Below, piece after piece: positions 1 to 8,874 of a stretch of 64,000 nucleotides of DNA (position 1 is its first letter; every line of letters starts with the position of its first letter). The notes below the pieces were generated by a model. That model made no database searches. It saw only the letters and a program-made list of their open reading frames with translations, and was not told the DNA's origin. The position numbers were made by a program, and so were the translations under genes. The DNA is from Clostridiales bacterium (GTDB lineage: Bacteria; Bacillota; Peptococcia; DRI-13; UBA5745), in the NCBI GenBank assembly GCA_038562165.1, contig JBCFAO010000012.1, positions 19,850 through 83,849 of the forward strand, read 5' to 3'.

Positions 1-1
1 G

Positions 2-247
2 GCCCTGGGCGAGAAAATCGGCAAGCAGCGGGCTCATGAGGTAGTGTACCAGGTATCCATGGCCACTTTTGAGCAGAAGGCGGACTTTTGTGAGATGTTA
101 TTGCAGGACGAGACGGTTGCCCAGCACATGAGCCGGGAGGAAATTCAGCAAATTCTGAATCCCGAGGGCTATGTAGGCCTGGCCGGCGAGGTTGTGGACG
201 GTGTGGTGAAAAACGTCAAAACAGCCCGGGCCAAGTATGCCTCCTGA
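2..247 (+). CDS. C-terminal fragment of a fumarate-lyase superfamily enzyme (adenylosuccinate lyase / carboxymuconate cycloisomerase-like); 5' end outside window
   Basis: Frame open from nt 2 to the stop at 245-247. Peptide ALGEKIGKQRAHEVVYQVSMATFEQ...LNPEGYVG resembles the C-terminal helical domain of PurB-type lyases (recalled similarity only). Confidence 0.5.
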   Translation, partial: ALGEKIGKQRAHEVVYQVSMATFEQKADFCEMLLQDETVAQHMSREEIQQILNPEGYVGLAGEVVDGVVKNVKTARAKYAS

Positions 248-289
248 TAGATTAGGCTGCGGCAGGCAGCAGAAAGGTCGGAGCTGAAC

Positions 290-1669
290 ATGAATTTCCG
301 CATTGAACATGATACCATGGGCCAGGTTCAGGTTCCCGCAGACAAGTATTGGGGTGCACAGACCCAGCGCAGCCTGGAGAATTTCAAAATTGGCGGCGAG
401 CTGATGCCTGTTGAAATCATCTGCGCCTTTGCCATCTTAAAAAAGGCCGCCGCCTTGGCAAACCTTAAGTTAGGCAACCTGGACGAAAGACGGGCCGCCG
501 CCATTGCCGCCGCCTGCGACGAGATTTACGCCGGCAAGCTAAACGGTCACTTTCCTCTGGTGGTCTGGCAGACGGGCAGCGGCACCCAAACCAACATGAA
601 CGTCAATGAGGTGGTGGCAAACCGCGCCAATGAGCTCTTGGGTGAAACGCTGGTCCATGCCAACGACCACGTCAATAAGTCCCAGAGTTCAAACGACACG
701 TTTCCCACCGCCATGCATATCGCAGCCCTTATGGCCGTGGAGGACAAGGTGCTGCCCGGGCTGGATCTTCTGGAAGGCACCTTGGGAAAGCTGTCCGGGA
801 TGTACAAAGACATTATTAAAATCGGCCGTACCCACCTGCAGGACGCCACTCCCCTGACCCTGGGGCAGGAAATCAGTGGCTGGCGAGAGATGCTGGTGAA
901 GACCCGCAGTATGCTGACCACCTCCTGTGCCGGCTTGAGAGAGCTGGCCCTGGGGGGCACTGCCGTGGGCACCGGCCTAAATGCCTTGCCCGAATTTGGA
1001 AGTTGTGCAGCCCAGGAGATATCCGCTCTTGCAGGCCGGGCTTTTGTGACCGCGCCCAACAAATTTCACAGCCTGACCAGCAAGGACCAGATGGTCTTCG
1101 CTCACGGGGCGATGAAGGCCCTGGCCGCAAACCTGATGAAGATCGCCAACGACGTGCGCCTGCTGTCCAGCGGTCCCCGCTGCGGCATCGGCGAGCTGAT
1201 CATTCCTGAAAACGAGCCCGGCTCCTCCATTATGCCGGGCAAGGTCAATCCCACCCAGTGCGAGGCCATGACCATGGTGGCCGTGCAGGTAATGGGCAAC
1301 GACGCAGCCGTGGGCATAGCGGCCTCCCAAGGCAATTTCGAGCTAAACGTGTTCATGCCTGTGTGCATCTACAATTTCTTGCAGTCGGCCAGACTTCTGG
1401 GAGACGCCATGGTCTCCTTCAACGACAACTGCGCCGTTGGCATCCGTCCCAACGAAGCCAAAATCAAAGAATACCTGGACAGCTCCCTGATGCTGGTCAC
1501 GGCCCTCAACCCCCACATCGGCTATGAAAATGCTGCTAAGATATCCAAGACTGCTTACAGGGAAGATTTGACCCTCAAGGAGGCGGCAGTCAAGCTGGGC
1601 TTGCTGACAGCCGAAGAGTTCGACGAAATCCTGCGGCCGGAGCGCATGGTGGGTCCCATTCAGACATAA
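290..1669 (+). CDS. fumC: Class II fumarate hydratase
   Basis: 459 aa. N-terminus [21 protein letters not shown] and fumarate-lyase signature [17 protein letters not shown]. Length typical of FumC. Confidence 0.9.
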   Translation: MNFRIEHDTMGQVQVPADKYWGAQTQRSLENFKIGGELMPVEIICAFAILKKAAALANLKLGNLDERRAAAIAAACDEIYAGKLNGHFPLVVWQTGSGTQTNMNVNEVVANRANELLGETLVHANDHVNKSQSSNDTFPTAMHIAALMAVEDKVLPGLDLLEGTLGKLSGMYKDIIKIGRTHLQDATPLTLGQEISGWREMLVKTRSMLTTSCAGLRELALGGTAVGTGLNALPEFGSCAAQEISALAGRAFVTAPNKFHSLTSKDQMVFAHGAMKALAANLMKIANDVRLLSSGPRCGIGELIIPENEPGSSIMPGKVNPTQCEAMTMVAVQVMGNDAAVGIAASQGNFELNVFMPVCIYNFLQSARLLGDAMVSFNDNCAVGIRPNEAKIKEYLDSSLMLVTALNPHIGYENAAKISKTAYREDLTLKEAAVKLGLLTAEEFDEILRPERMVGPIQT

Positions 1670-1719
1670 GGCTTTTCCGGACCCGGCAGGCCGGCAGAAT
1701 AAAAAGGAGGCATTGGAGC

Positions 1720-2016
1720 ATGGAGCTCAAACTTGCTTTGAAAGTCAACGACAAGGACAACGTAGCCACTATTTTCGCCAACGGCATTACCGACGGCACC
1801 CGGGTAGAAATGCGGGATAAAAAAGGCCGGGCCGAGGAAATGACCGTTCACGGCCAGGTGCCCTACGGTCACAAAATCGCCCTGCAGGATATCAAAAAGG
1901 GGGAGCACATCGTCAAATACGGCGAAAGTATTGGAGCCGCCAGCGCCGATATCCGCAAGGGTGAATACGTCCACGTCCACAATCTGGAGGCCCTGCGGGG
2001 CCGCGGCGATCTCTGA
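1720..2016 (+). CDS. UxaA/GarD-family dehydratase, small SAF-domain subunit (SuyA-like architecture)
   Basis: 98 aa. GHKIALQDIKKGEHIVKYGESIGAA...IRKGEYVHVHN is the typical N-terminal domain of altronate/galactarate dehydratases. GGAGG RBS upstream. Confidence 0.75.
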   Translation: MELKLALKVNDKDNVATIFANGITDGTRVEMRDKKGRAEEMTVHGQVPYGHKIALQDIKKGEHIVKYGESIGAASADIRKGEYVHVHNLEALRGRGDL

Positions 2017-2030
2017 AAGGGGAGCATGCA

Positions 2031-3212
2031 ATGAGTCAATATTCTTTTTACGGATATAAACGTTCCGACGGCAAATACGGCGCCCGCAACCTGGTGGCCG
2101 TCATCCCCAGCGTCATCTGCACCACCGATGTGGCCCAGGCCATTGTCCGCCAGGTCCAGGGCACCGTGGGCTACTTTCATCACCAGGGCTGCTGCCAGCT
2201 GCCTCTCGATCTAAAACGGGTCACCGATACGCTGATCAGCCTGGCCAAAGGCCCCAACGTAGCCGGCGCCTTAATCGTCAGCCTGGGCTGCGAAGGCACC
2301 GATTGCGCCCGCATGGTGGAAGAGATTGCCGCCGCCGGCAAACCCGTGGAAATCATCTATGTACAGGAGCTGGGCGGCACCAGCCGTTCCATCCAGGCCG
2401 GTATCGACCTGGCCCAGAAGATGGTACTGGAGGCTTCAAGCCAGCAGCGGGAGGAAACCGATATCTCCAATCTGATCATGTCCATCAAATGCGGCGCCTC
2501 GGACACCACCTCCGGTATGGCTTCCAATTGCGTCATCGGCTACGTAGCCGACAAGCTGGTGGATCTGGGAGCTACCGTCATCTTCGGCGAAACCACGGAA
2601 TTTTTGGGCGGCGAGCAGATTTTGGCCAACCGGGCCGTAGGCGGACCGGAAGGCCCCGTAGGTCAAAAGATTCTTGAAATCGTCTCCCGTATGGAAAACC
2701 GGGCCAAGGCCACCGGCGAGGACATGCGGGGAGGCCAGCCCACGCCGGGCAATATCGCCGGCGGGCTTTCCAGCATCGAAGAAAAAAGCTTGGGCGCCAT
2801 CGTCAAATCCGGCCACCGCCCCATCCGGGGCGTGCTGGAATATCCCGACTACGTCACCGATCAAAAAGGCTTGTGGATCAAAGACACGCCGGGCCGGGAG
2901 CCGGAAATACTCACCGGCATGGCCGCCGCCGGCGCCCAGGTCATGATGTTTTCTACGGGCCGGGGAGCGCCTCAGGGCTTTCCCAGCATGCCGGTGATCA
3001 AAATCTGCGGCAATCCCAATACCTACGAGCGCATGAAGCACGATATGGATCTGAACGCCGGCCGCATCATCATTGGCGAGAAAAGCATTGAGGAGGTTGG
3101 GGAGGAAGCTTTTGCCCTGCTGTTGAAGGTCCTTAATGGACAATTGACGAAAAACGAGGCCCTTAACTACTTTGCCACCATGGATATCTACTGCCTGGGT
3201 CCGGTGATCTGA
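2031..3212 (+). CDS. UxaA/GarD-family dehydratase, large catalytic subunit (SuyB-like architecture)
   Basis: 393 aa, 14-nt gap after the small subunit. Length and sequence pattern match the C-terminal domain of the altronate/galactarate dehydratase family. Confidence 0.8.
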   Translation: MSQYSFYGYKRSDGKYGARNLVAVIPSVICTTDVAQAIVRQVQGTVGYFHHQGCCQLPLDLKRVTDTLISLAKGPNVAGALIVSLGCEGTDCARMVEEIAAAGKPVEIIYVQELGGTSRSIQAGIDLAQKMVLEASSQQREETDISNLIMSIKCGASDTTSGMASNCVIGYVADKLVDLGATVIFGETTEFLGGEQILANRAVGGPEGPVGQKILEIVSRMENRAKATGEDMRGGQPTPGNIAGGLSSIEEKSLGAIVKSGHRPIRGVLEYPDYVTDQKGLWIKDTPGREPEILTGMAAAGAQVMMFSTGRGAPQGFPSMPVIKICGNPNTYERMKHDMDLNAGRIIIGEKSIEEVGEEAFALLLKVLNGQLTKNEALNYFATMDIYCLGPVI

Positions 3213-3277
3213 GCCGCCGGGCAAAGGAGAGCTCCGGAGGATGGTGAAATCCGATTGCGGACGGAGGAAGAGGCGGC

Positions 3278-4582
3278 ATGCATAGCAAAAAAACCGGGGT
3301 GGTCATTCCCATTGGTACGCAGCTCCATAGCATACAGGTCCCGAACCTCATCGGCGTCGCCGATCCGGCCTATGTGCCGGGAGTGGCGGATAAACGGGCG
3401 GAAATTGCCCGGGCGCTGGTTCAGCCCATTGGCAGCCGGAGGTTGAGGCAAATTGCCCGGGGCCGCAAGACGGCGGCCATCGTCATCAACGATATTACTA
3501 GACCCTATCCCGGCGGGCTGATGGTGGAAGAGTTGGCCCGGGAGCTAAACGCAGCGGGTATTGCCGACGAGTTTATCTCTCTGGTAGTGGCCTATGGGCA
3601 TCACCGTCCCAACACGCTTCAGGAGCTGGCTGCGCAGTACGGTCAGGCGGTAATCGGAAGATTTTCCATTGTGCACCACGCCGCCGGGGACCCCGGACAA
3701 AACGTGACCCTGGGTTTTACCAAAGGCGGTGTGGAGGTCTCCGTCAACCGCAAATTTGCCGAGGCCGGCGTAAAGGTGCTCACCGGCTGCATTACCCCTC
3801 ACCAGTTCGCCGGGTTCTCCGGCGGGCGCAAAAGCGTGGTTCCCGGTATCGCAGGTCTTTCTGCCATTAAACGGCATCATTCTTTTCCTATCCGGCCCGA
3901 GGCTATTTCCCTGGGCCTGCTGGAGGGCAACCGTTTCCACACTGAGTCCCTGGAGGCGGCCCGCCTGGCCGGGGTGGATTTCATCGTGAATGCGGTGGAA
4001 AACACCGGCCGGGAACTGGTACGGTGTGTTGCCGGTGACTTGGAGGAGGCCTATTTGGCGGGGGTAGAGGTCAGCCGCAGGATCTGGACGGTGCCCATTC
4101 CTCGGCAGCCGGACATCGTTATCGTTAGTCCCGGCGGATTTCCCCGGGATCTGGACCTGCATCAGTCGCAAAAAGCCCTGGGCTGCGCTGAGATGGTCTG
4201 TCCCCCGGGAGGAGGCATTATCCTGTGTGCCCACTGTCCCGACGGGGCAGGGAAACCCGGCAAGCTGCTGCGGGAGGCCCGCAGCCTGGATGAGGTTATA
4301 AACCGGTTTCTGACCCGGGGCTTTGAGCCCGACGGCAACGGCAAGGCCTACATGTTGGCCCGGGCAGCGGCAAAATACCGCATTATCCTGGCAGGGAGCG
4401 CCATCCCTCAGGCCGACCTGCGCACCATGTTTCTGGACGGTTACGATACCGTAGAGGAGGCCATAGAAGTGATGCTGAAGCAATACGGCCCGGCGGCGCA
4501 TATCTTGGCGGTTCCCAACGCCTCCGAAATTATCCCTGTGCTGCGGAGAGCCGCTGAAAAAGTGGGTGAAACTACGCTGTGA
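3278..4582 (+). CDS. LarA-family nickel-pincer (NPN) dependent 2-hydroxyacid racemase/epimerase homologue
   Basis: 434 aa. LarA hallmark segments NDITRP, YGHHRP (catalytic His), PHQFAGFSGGRKSVVPG (catalytic His plus cofactor-tethering Lys) and KRHHS (Ni-ligand His region). Confidence 0.8.
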   Translation: MHSKKTGVVIPIGTQLHSIQVPNLIGVADPAYVPGVADKRAEIARALVQPIGSRRLRQIARGRKTAAIVINDITRPYPGGLMVEELARELNAAGIADEFISLVVAYGHHRPNTLQELAAQYGQAVIGRFSIVHHAAGDPGQNVTLGFTKGGVEVSVNRKFAEAGVKVLTGCITPHQFAGFSGGRKSVVPGIAGLSAIKRHHSFPIRPEAISLGLLEGNRFHTESLEAARLAGVDFIVNAVENTGRELVRCVAGDLEEAYLAGVEVSRRIWTVPIPRQPDIVIVSPGGFPRDLDLHQSQKALGCAEMVCPPGGGIILCAHCPDGAGKPGKLLREARSLDEVINRFLTRGFEPDGNGKAYMLARAAAKYRIILAGSAIPQADLRTMFLDGYDTVEEAIEVMLKQYGPAAHILAVPNASEIIPVLRRAAEKVGETTL

Positions 4583-5658
4583 CTGCTTTGCGGCTCCTCA
4601 TTACCCTTGCCGCCGGCTGCATCGGCGGCTCCCTGGCCCTAAAGGCCAAAATGCCGGCGGGAGCGCTGGTAGGAGCCATGGTCTTTGCTGCCGCCTGGAA
4701 TCTTTTTACCAATACCGCCTATATCCCTTGGTATTTTAAGCCTTGTGCCCAGTCGGTGGCGGGGGCCTTCATCGCCTTGCCCCTGACCCGGGCCCAGGTA
4801 AAAAACCTCCGGGGGCTGCTGAAACCGGCTGCCATCGTCGTGGCCGGCATGCTGCTGTTTTCCATCGGCTCCGGCTACCTGTGCCGCAGCTCCACTGCCG
4901 GGCAGGTAACGCTGATCAGCGGTTTTCTGATGAGCTCGCCCGGAGGCATGACGGATATTGTACTCATGGCCGGCGACTTGGGGGCCGATACGCTGCAGGT
5001 TTCTGTGGTGCACCTGATTCGTAATTTCACCAATCTTTTGCTGTTTCCCTTGTTGGACGGCCTCTGCCTGAGACTGCTGATCCGGAGAAAACCGGAGGTG
5101 TTTGCAGCCCGGTGCGGGGAAGCAAGCGGCGAATATTACGGCGCCGTCCACAGCTTTGATTGGATGAATCTTTTTCTTTCTCTTGCCCTGGCCCTGGCCT
5201 GCGGCTGGCTGGGCTATTTCACCGGACTGCCGGCAGGGGCGTTGCTGTTTTCTTTGGTAGGCTTTGCCGCCTTCAACATTACCACCCAGCGGGGATGCAT
5301 CCCCATTTCCCTGCGCCGGTTTACCCAGATGTGTACCGGCACGCTGGTGGGCAGCGCCATCACCCGGGAAAGTTTAGCCGGCCTACGCCATCTGATTTTT
5401 CCTATTTTAATTGTGGTGCTGGTCAATCTGGTGATGAACTGGACCCTGGGCGCCATTCTTTATTTCTACACGCCCCTTGATCTGCATACCAGTTTCATCG
5501 CCACCATTCCGGGGGCGGCGGCGGATATGGCCATGATCGCCGAGGATCTGGACGGCGACGGATTGAAGGTCGCACTGATTCAAATTATCCGCTTTATCAG
5601 CGTGGTCATGATCTACCCCCAGGTCTACAGGCTTCTGGCCGCCCTGAGCGCGGCATAG
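4579..5658 (+). CDS. AbrB-duplication family integral membrane protein (putative transporter)
   Basis: 359 aa, polytopic with two similar halves. GTG start overlaps the larA-like stop (GTGA). Family assignment from recall of the 'membrane protein AbrB duplication' type. Confidence 0.55.
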   Translation: MTALRLLITLAAGCIGGSLALKAKMPAGALVGAMVFAAAWNLFTNTAYIPWYFKPCAQSVAGAFIALPLTRAQVKNLRGLLKPAAIVVAGMLLFSIGSGYLCRSSTAGQVTLISGFLMSSPGGMTDIVLMAGDLGADTLQVSVVHLIRNFTNLLLFPLLDGLCLRLLIRRKPEVFAARCGEASGEYYGAVHSFDWMNLFLSLALALACGWLGYFTGLPAGALLFSLVGFAAFNITTQRGCIPISLRRFTQMCTGTLVGSAITRESLAGLRHLIFPILIVVLVNLVMNWTLGAILYFYTPLDLHTSFIATIPGAAADMAMIAEDLDGDGLKVALIQIIRFISVVMIYPQVYRLLAALSAA

Positions 5659-5686
5659 ACTCAACGCAGAATGGAGTGAACCGGCT

Positions 5687-6970
5687 TTGCATGACAAAAA
5701 CGAAAAAGTAAACGCCCTGCTCTTCAATGAAAAGATTCCCCGAATGGTCACGATCCGGCAGAAATTCGAGTCCGCCCATATCGAGGATCCGGCGGCGGTG
5801 CTCCGGGCCAGCTTTCAGCGGCCTGAGCTGCAGGATATCGTGAAACCCGGCATGACGGTGGCGGTGACGGCAGGCAGCCGGGGCATAGACAACATCGCCC
5901 TCATCATCCGGGAGACCGTGCAGTTTATCCGGGAAAAGGGCGGGTTTCCCTTTATTGTGCCTGCCATGGGCAGCCATGGCGGCGCTGTGGCGGAGGGGCA
6001 GACAGCCCTTTTAAGGAATTTCGGCATCACCGAGGAGGTTATGGGGTGTCCCGTCCGCTCATCCATGGAAGTAGACCTATTGGATACTCTGGAAGATGGG
6101 ACGCCGGTCTACATCGACCGGTATGCTCACCAGGCCGGCGGCATTGTGGTGATCAACCGCATCAAGCCCCATACCGGCTTCCGCGGCCGCTACGAGAGCG
6201 GCCTGTTCAAGATGATGGCGGTGGGGCTGGGCAAGCAGCAGGGGGCCGAAACCGTCCATAACCGGGGCCGCAAACGGATGGGAGAGACCATTGAGCTATG
6301 CGGCAATGCCTATCTGAGCAAAGCGAATATTCTCTTCGGCGTGGCCGCCGTTGAAAATGCCTTTGACCGCACCTTCTTCCTGTCGGCCATGACAAAGGAA
6401 GAAATCGCCCTGCAGGAGCCCAGGTATCTGGCGGAGGCCCGCCGGCTGTTGCCCAGCCTGCTGCTGGAGCATCTGGACGTGCTGGTGGTGGACTACATGG
6501 GCAAGAACATCAGCGGCGCCGGCATGGATACCAACATCACCAAATCCTATGCTCACGGCTATGGTATCAGCCGGGAGGGACGGGCCAGAAAAATCGCCGT
6601 TTTAGACCTAACGGTCGAAAGCCACGGGGCGGCAGTGGGCGTGGGTTCAGCGGACGTGACCACCCGCAGGCTCTTTGAGAAGATGGATTTCAACACGACC
6701 TACCCCAACCTGTTGACCAGCGGCGGCACCGATTCGGCTAAAATCCCCATGGTGCTGGATAATCACAGGCTGGCTATTCAGGCCGCCATCAAGACGGCCC
6801 TAGGCGCCGATAAGGAGCGTATCCGTATGGTGAGAATCCGGGATACCCTGCACATCAGCGAGATTCAAATTTCCGAGGCGCTGCTGGAAGAAGCCAAAAG
6901 CCATCCCGCCATTGAAATTGTGGGAGAGCCGCAAGAGCTGGCCTTCGATGAGGAGGGCAATTTATTTTAA
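5687..6970 (+). CDS. Divergent LarA_N / DUF2088 domain protein (LarA paralogue lacking the GGRK lysine motif)
   Basis: 427 aa. Region NRIKPHTGFRGRYESGLFK aligns by eye to LarA ESHFFAGFSGGRKSVLPG, with His kept and Lys replaced. TTG start with GGAG 11 nt upstream; start uncertain. Confidence 0.55.
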   Translation: MHDKNEKVNALLFNEKIPRMVTIRQKFESAHIEDPAAVLRASFQRPELQDIVKPGMTVAVTAGSRGIDNIALIIRETVQFIREKGGFPFIVPAMGSHGGAVAEGQTALLRNFGITEEVMGCPVRSSMEVDLLDTLEDGTPVYIDRYAHQAGGIVVINRIKPHTGFRGRYESGLFKMMAVGLGKQQGAETVHNRGRKRMGETIELCGNAYLSKANILFGVAAVENAFDRTFFLSAMTKEEIALQEPRYLAEARRLLPSLLLEHLDVLVVDYMGKNISGAGMDTNITKSYAHGYGISREGRARKIAVLDLTVESHGAAVGVGSADVTTRRLFEKMDFNTTYPNLLTSGGTDSAKIPMVLDNHRLAIQAAIKTALGADKERIRMVRIRDTLHISEIQISEALLEEAKSHPAIEIVGEPQELAFDEEGNLF

Positions 6971-7345
6971 GTCTTGTCTGACGTTTTAAATAGAGCAAAA
7001 AGAGAGCAAAGAAAAAGGGCTTGTCTCGATGAAGAGGCAGTCTTTTTTTATGTATTACCATGCAAAATAATTTATAAATAAAAATTTCCAAACAATTTCT
7101 TAATTCTTAAAATTATCTTTTATCAGACGAAAGGTCTGGCAGGAAATTGAAAGTTGAAGTGGAATTTAAAGTGAATTGAGTTAAAAATTACTTAGTCATG
7201 AATTCAGGCAGACTTAGGATAAGGTGCCGCTTACATTAGAGCTATGGATAATGATATAGATATTCTTCCGCAAGGTAGTGAAAGGAGGGGCGCAGAGACT
7301 TTCCGGCATCGCCAAATCGTTGGCAGTTAAAAAAGGAGGGATACC

Positions 7346-8698
7346 ATGATTATCGTTATCATTCCATTTATTGTTTTACTGGCTATTATTTTAATTCCTA
7401 AGATTCCTCTTGTTGGCGGCAATATACAAGCCGGTCTGCTGATTACGGGTTTAGTGGCTCTTTTGATGGGAGGAGTCATAAATCCGGTTGATTGGGGTCT
7501 GGCCTGGATTGACGGCGTAGACCGGATTGCCTGGGTTATTTGCTTGTCGGTATTCGGCAGCGTCTATGCTGAAACTCAGGTGGAAATGGGTACAATGGAT
7601 ACCGTAATCAATTCCTTGCGGGCCTTGTTCGGACATTCGCCTAAAGGGCTGATCATTTCCGTTATGATCGCCTTGACCATTGCCGGTTCTTTATTGGGTG
7701 ACGCTATTGCCGCTTCCACCGTTATCGGTGTTCTGGTCATCAAATCCTTAGCGGAGATGAATTTAACAGGCGAGCAGATTTCCGCCACTATCGTTATGGG
7801 CGCAAGCCTTGGTTCTATCATGCCGCCGATCACCCAAGCCATATTTCTGGCTGCCGGCTTGGTAGGCATTGAACCCGATCCCGTAGTTAACATTGGTTAT
7901 TTTACCGTCGGTGTCGGTGTCATTCTTTGTTCTATTTATGTGGCGAATATGTTTATCAAAATTAAATCCCTGCCGGAAGACTTGATTCCCAAGGAGACGG
8001 CCGGTCAGATCGTCAGGAAAAATTGGCCTACGCTGGTTCCTTTGTTTATCCTGATCCTTCTGGTAGTTTTGCGGACCGGCTTCAAGATTGACGTGATCAC
8101 CATGGTTATGGGCGGCTTTATTGATATCATTAAGACCATTCCGATCATCAAAGGCTTCTCCAACCTGATTGTTCTCAGCATCATTATCGTCATGGTCATC
8201 AGTTTCTTTTTTCCCAGGGTGCGCAGCCAGTTGGGCACCGTCGTTGGCCGGGGCTTAGTTAATGTAAAGACCAGCTTCACGGTGCAGGTCAGCGCCGGTC
8301 TGATGCTGGGTGCTTTCTACAAAGCCGGCCAGATCGAAGCTGTAAAAACCTTTGCCTTAGCTCTCAACCAGAACCTGCTGAAGCTGGGCGGCAGCGCCGC
8401 TCTTTGCTTGCTCGGTATGCTCACCGGTTCTCAGACCACCGCCCAAAACGCCATTTTCTCTTTCTTTGGCCCCGCCTTGATTGAGATCGGCCTGGATCCG
8501 GTGAATGTAGCCGTAGCCGGCGCCCATTTGGCTATGTCTGGCCAGGGCCTGCCTCCTGCCGACCTGACTACCTTTGTGGTGGCCGGCCTGGTTGGCGGTA
8601 TTTTGGGTATTAAGGTTGACCCCGTAAAATCCATGTTTTATTCTGCCGTAATGTGCATTTATTTCTTGATTGTGGGCATTGTATTCCTTTATATCTAA
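7346..8698 (+). CDS. Polytopic permease (ion-transporter superfamily, DctM/CitM/GntP-like)
   Basis: 450 aa, highly hydrophobic. Strong RBS AAAGGAGGG. Visibly lower GC than its neighbours. Subfamily not resolvable by eye. Confidence 0.55.
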   Translation: MIIVIIPFIVLLAIILIPKIPLVGGNIQAGLLITGLVALLMGGVINPVDWGLAWIDGVDRIAWVICLSVFGSVYAETQVEMGTMDTVINSLRALFGHSPKGLIISVMIALTIAGSLLGDAIAASTVIGVLVIKSLAEMNLTGEQISATIVMGASLGSIMPPITQAIFLAAGLVGIEPDPVVNIGYFTVGVGVILCSIYVANMFIKIKSLPEDLIPKETAGQIVRKNWPTLVPLFILILLVVLRTGFKIDVITMVMGGFIDIIKTIPIIKGFSNLIVLSIIIVMVISFFFPRVRSQLGTVVGRGLVNVKTSFTVQVSAGLMLGAFYKAGQIEAVKTFALALNQNLLKLGGSAALCLLGMLTGSQTTAQNAIFSFFGPALIEIGLDPVNVAVAGAHLAMSGQGLPPADLTTFVVAGLVGGILGIKVDPVKSMFYSAVMCIYFLIVGIVFLYI

Positions 8699-8874
8699 AA
8701 CCGAAGCTTTAAGAAAAATAGGGAAGAATACAAAAAAATACAAACCAGGGGCTGTCACAAATTTTGGTCTTTCAAAAAGCCAATTTTTGCGGCAGCCCCT
8801 TTGTCAACATTGGACCGGCCTCCTGCATATAATGATCATTATATCTATGCGTTATAAGATGGGAGTGGAGCGGC

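Noticed and set aside
7136-7149. Sigma-54-like TGGCAGGAAATTGA upstream of the permease gene
   Set aside because: The -24 to -12 spacing is one nt short and the -12 element is TTGA, not TTGC. There is no dedicated activator nearby.
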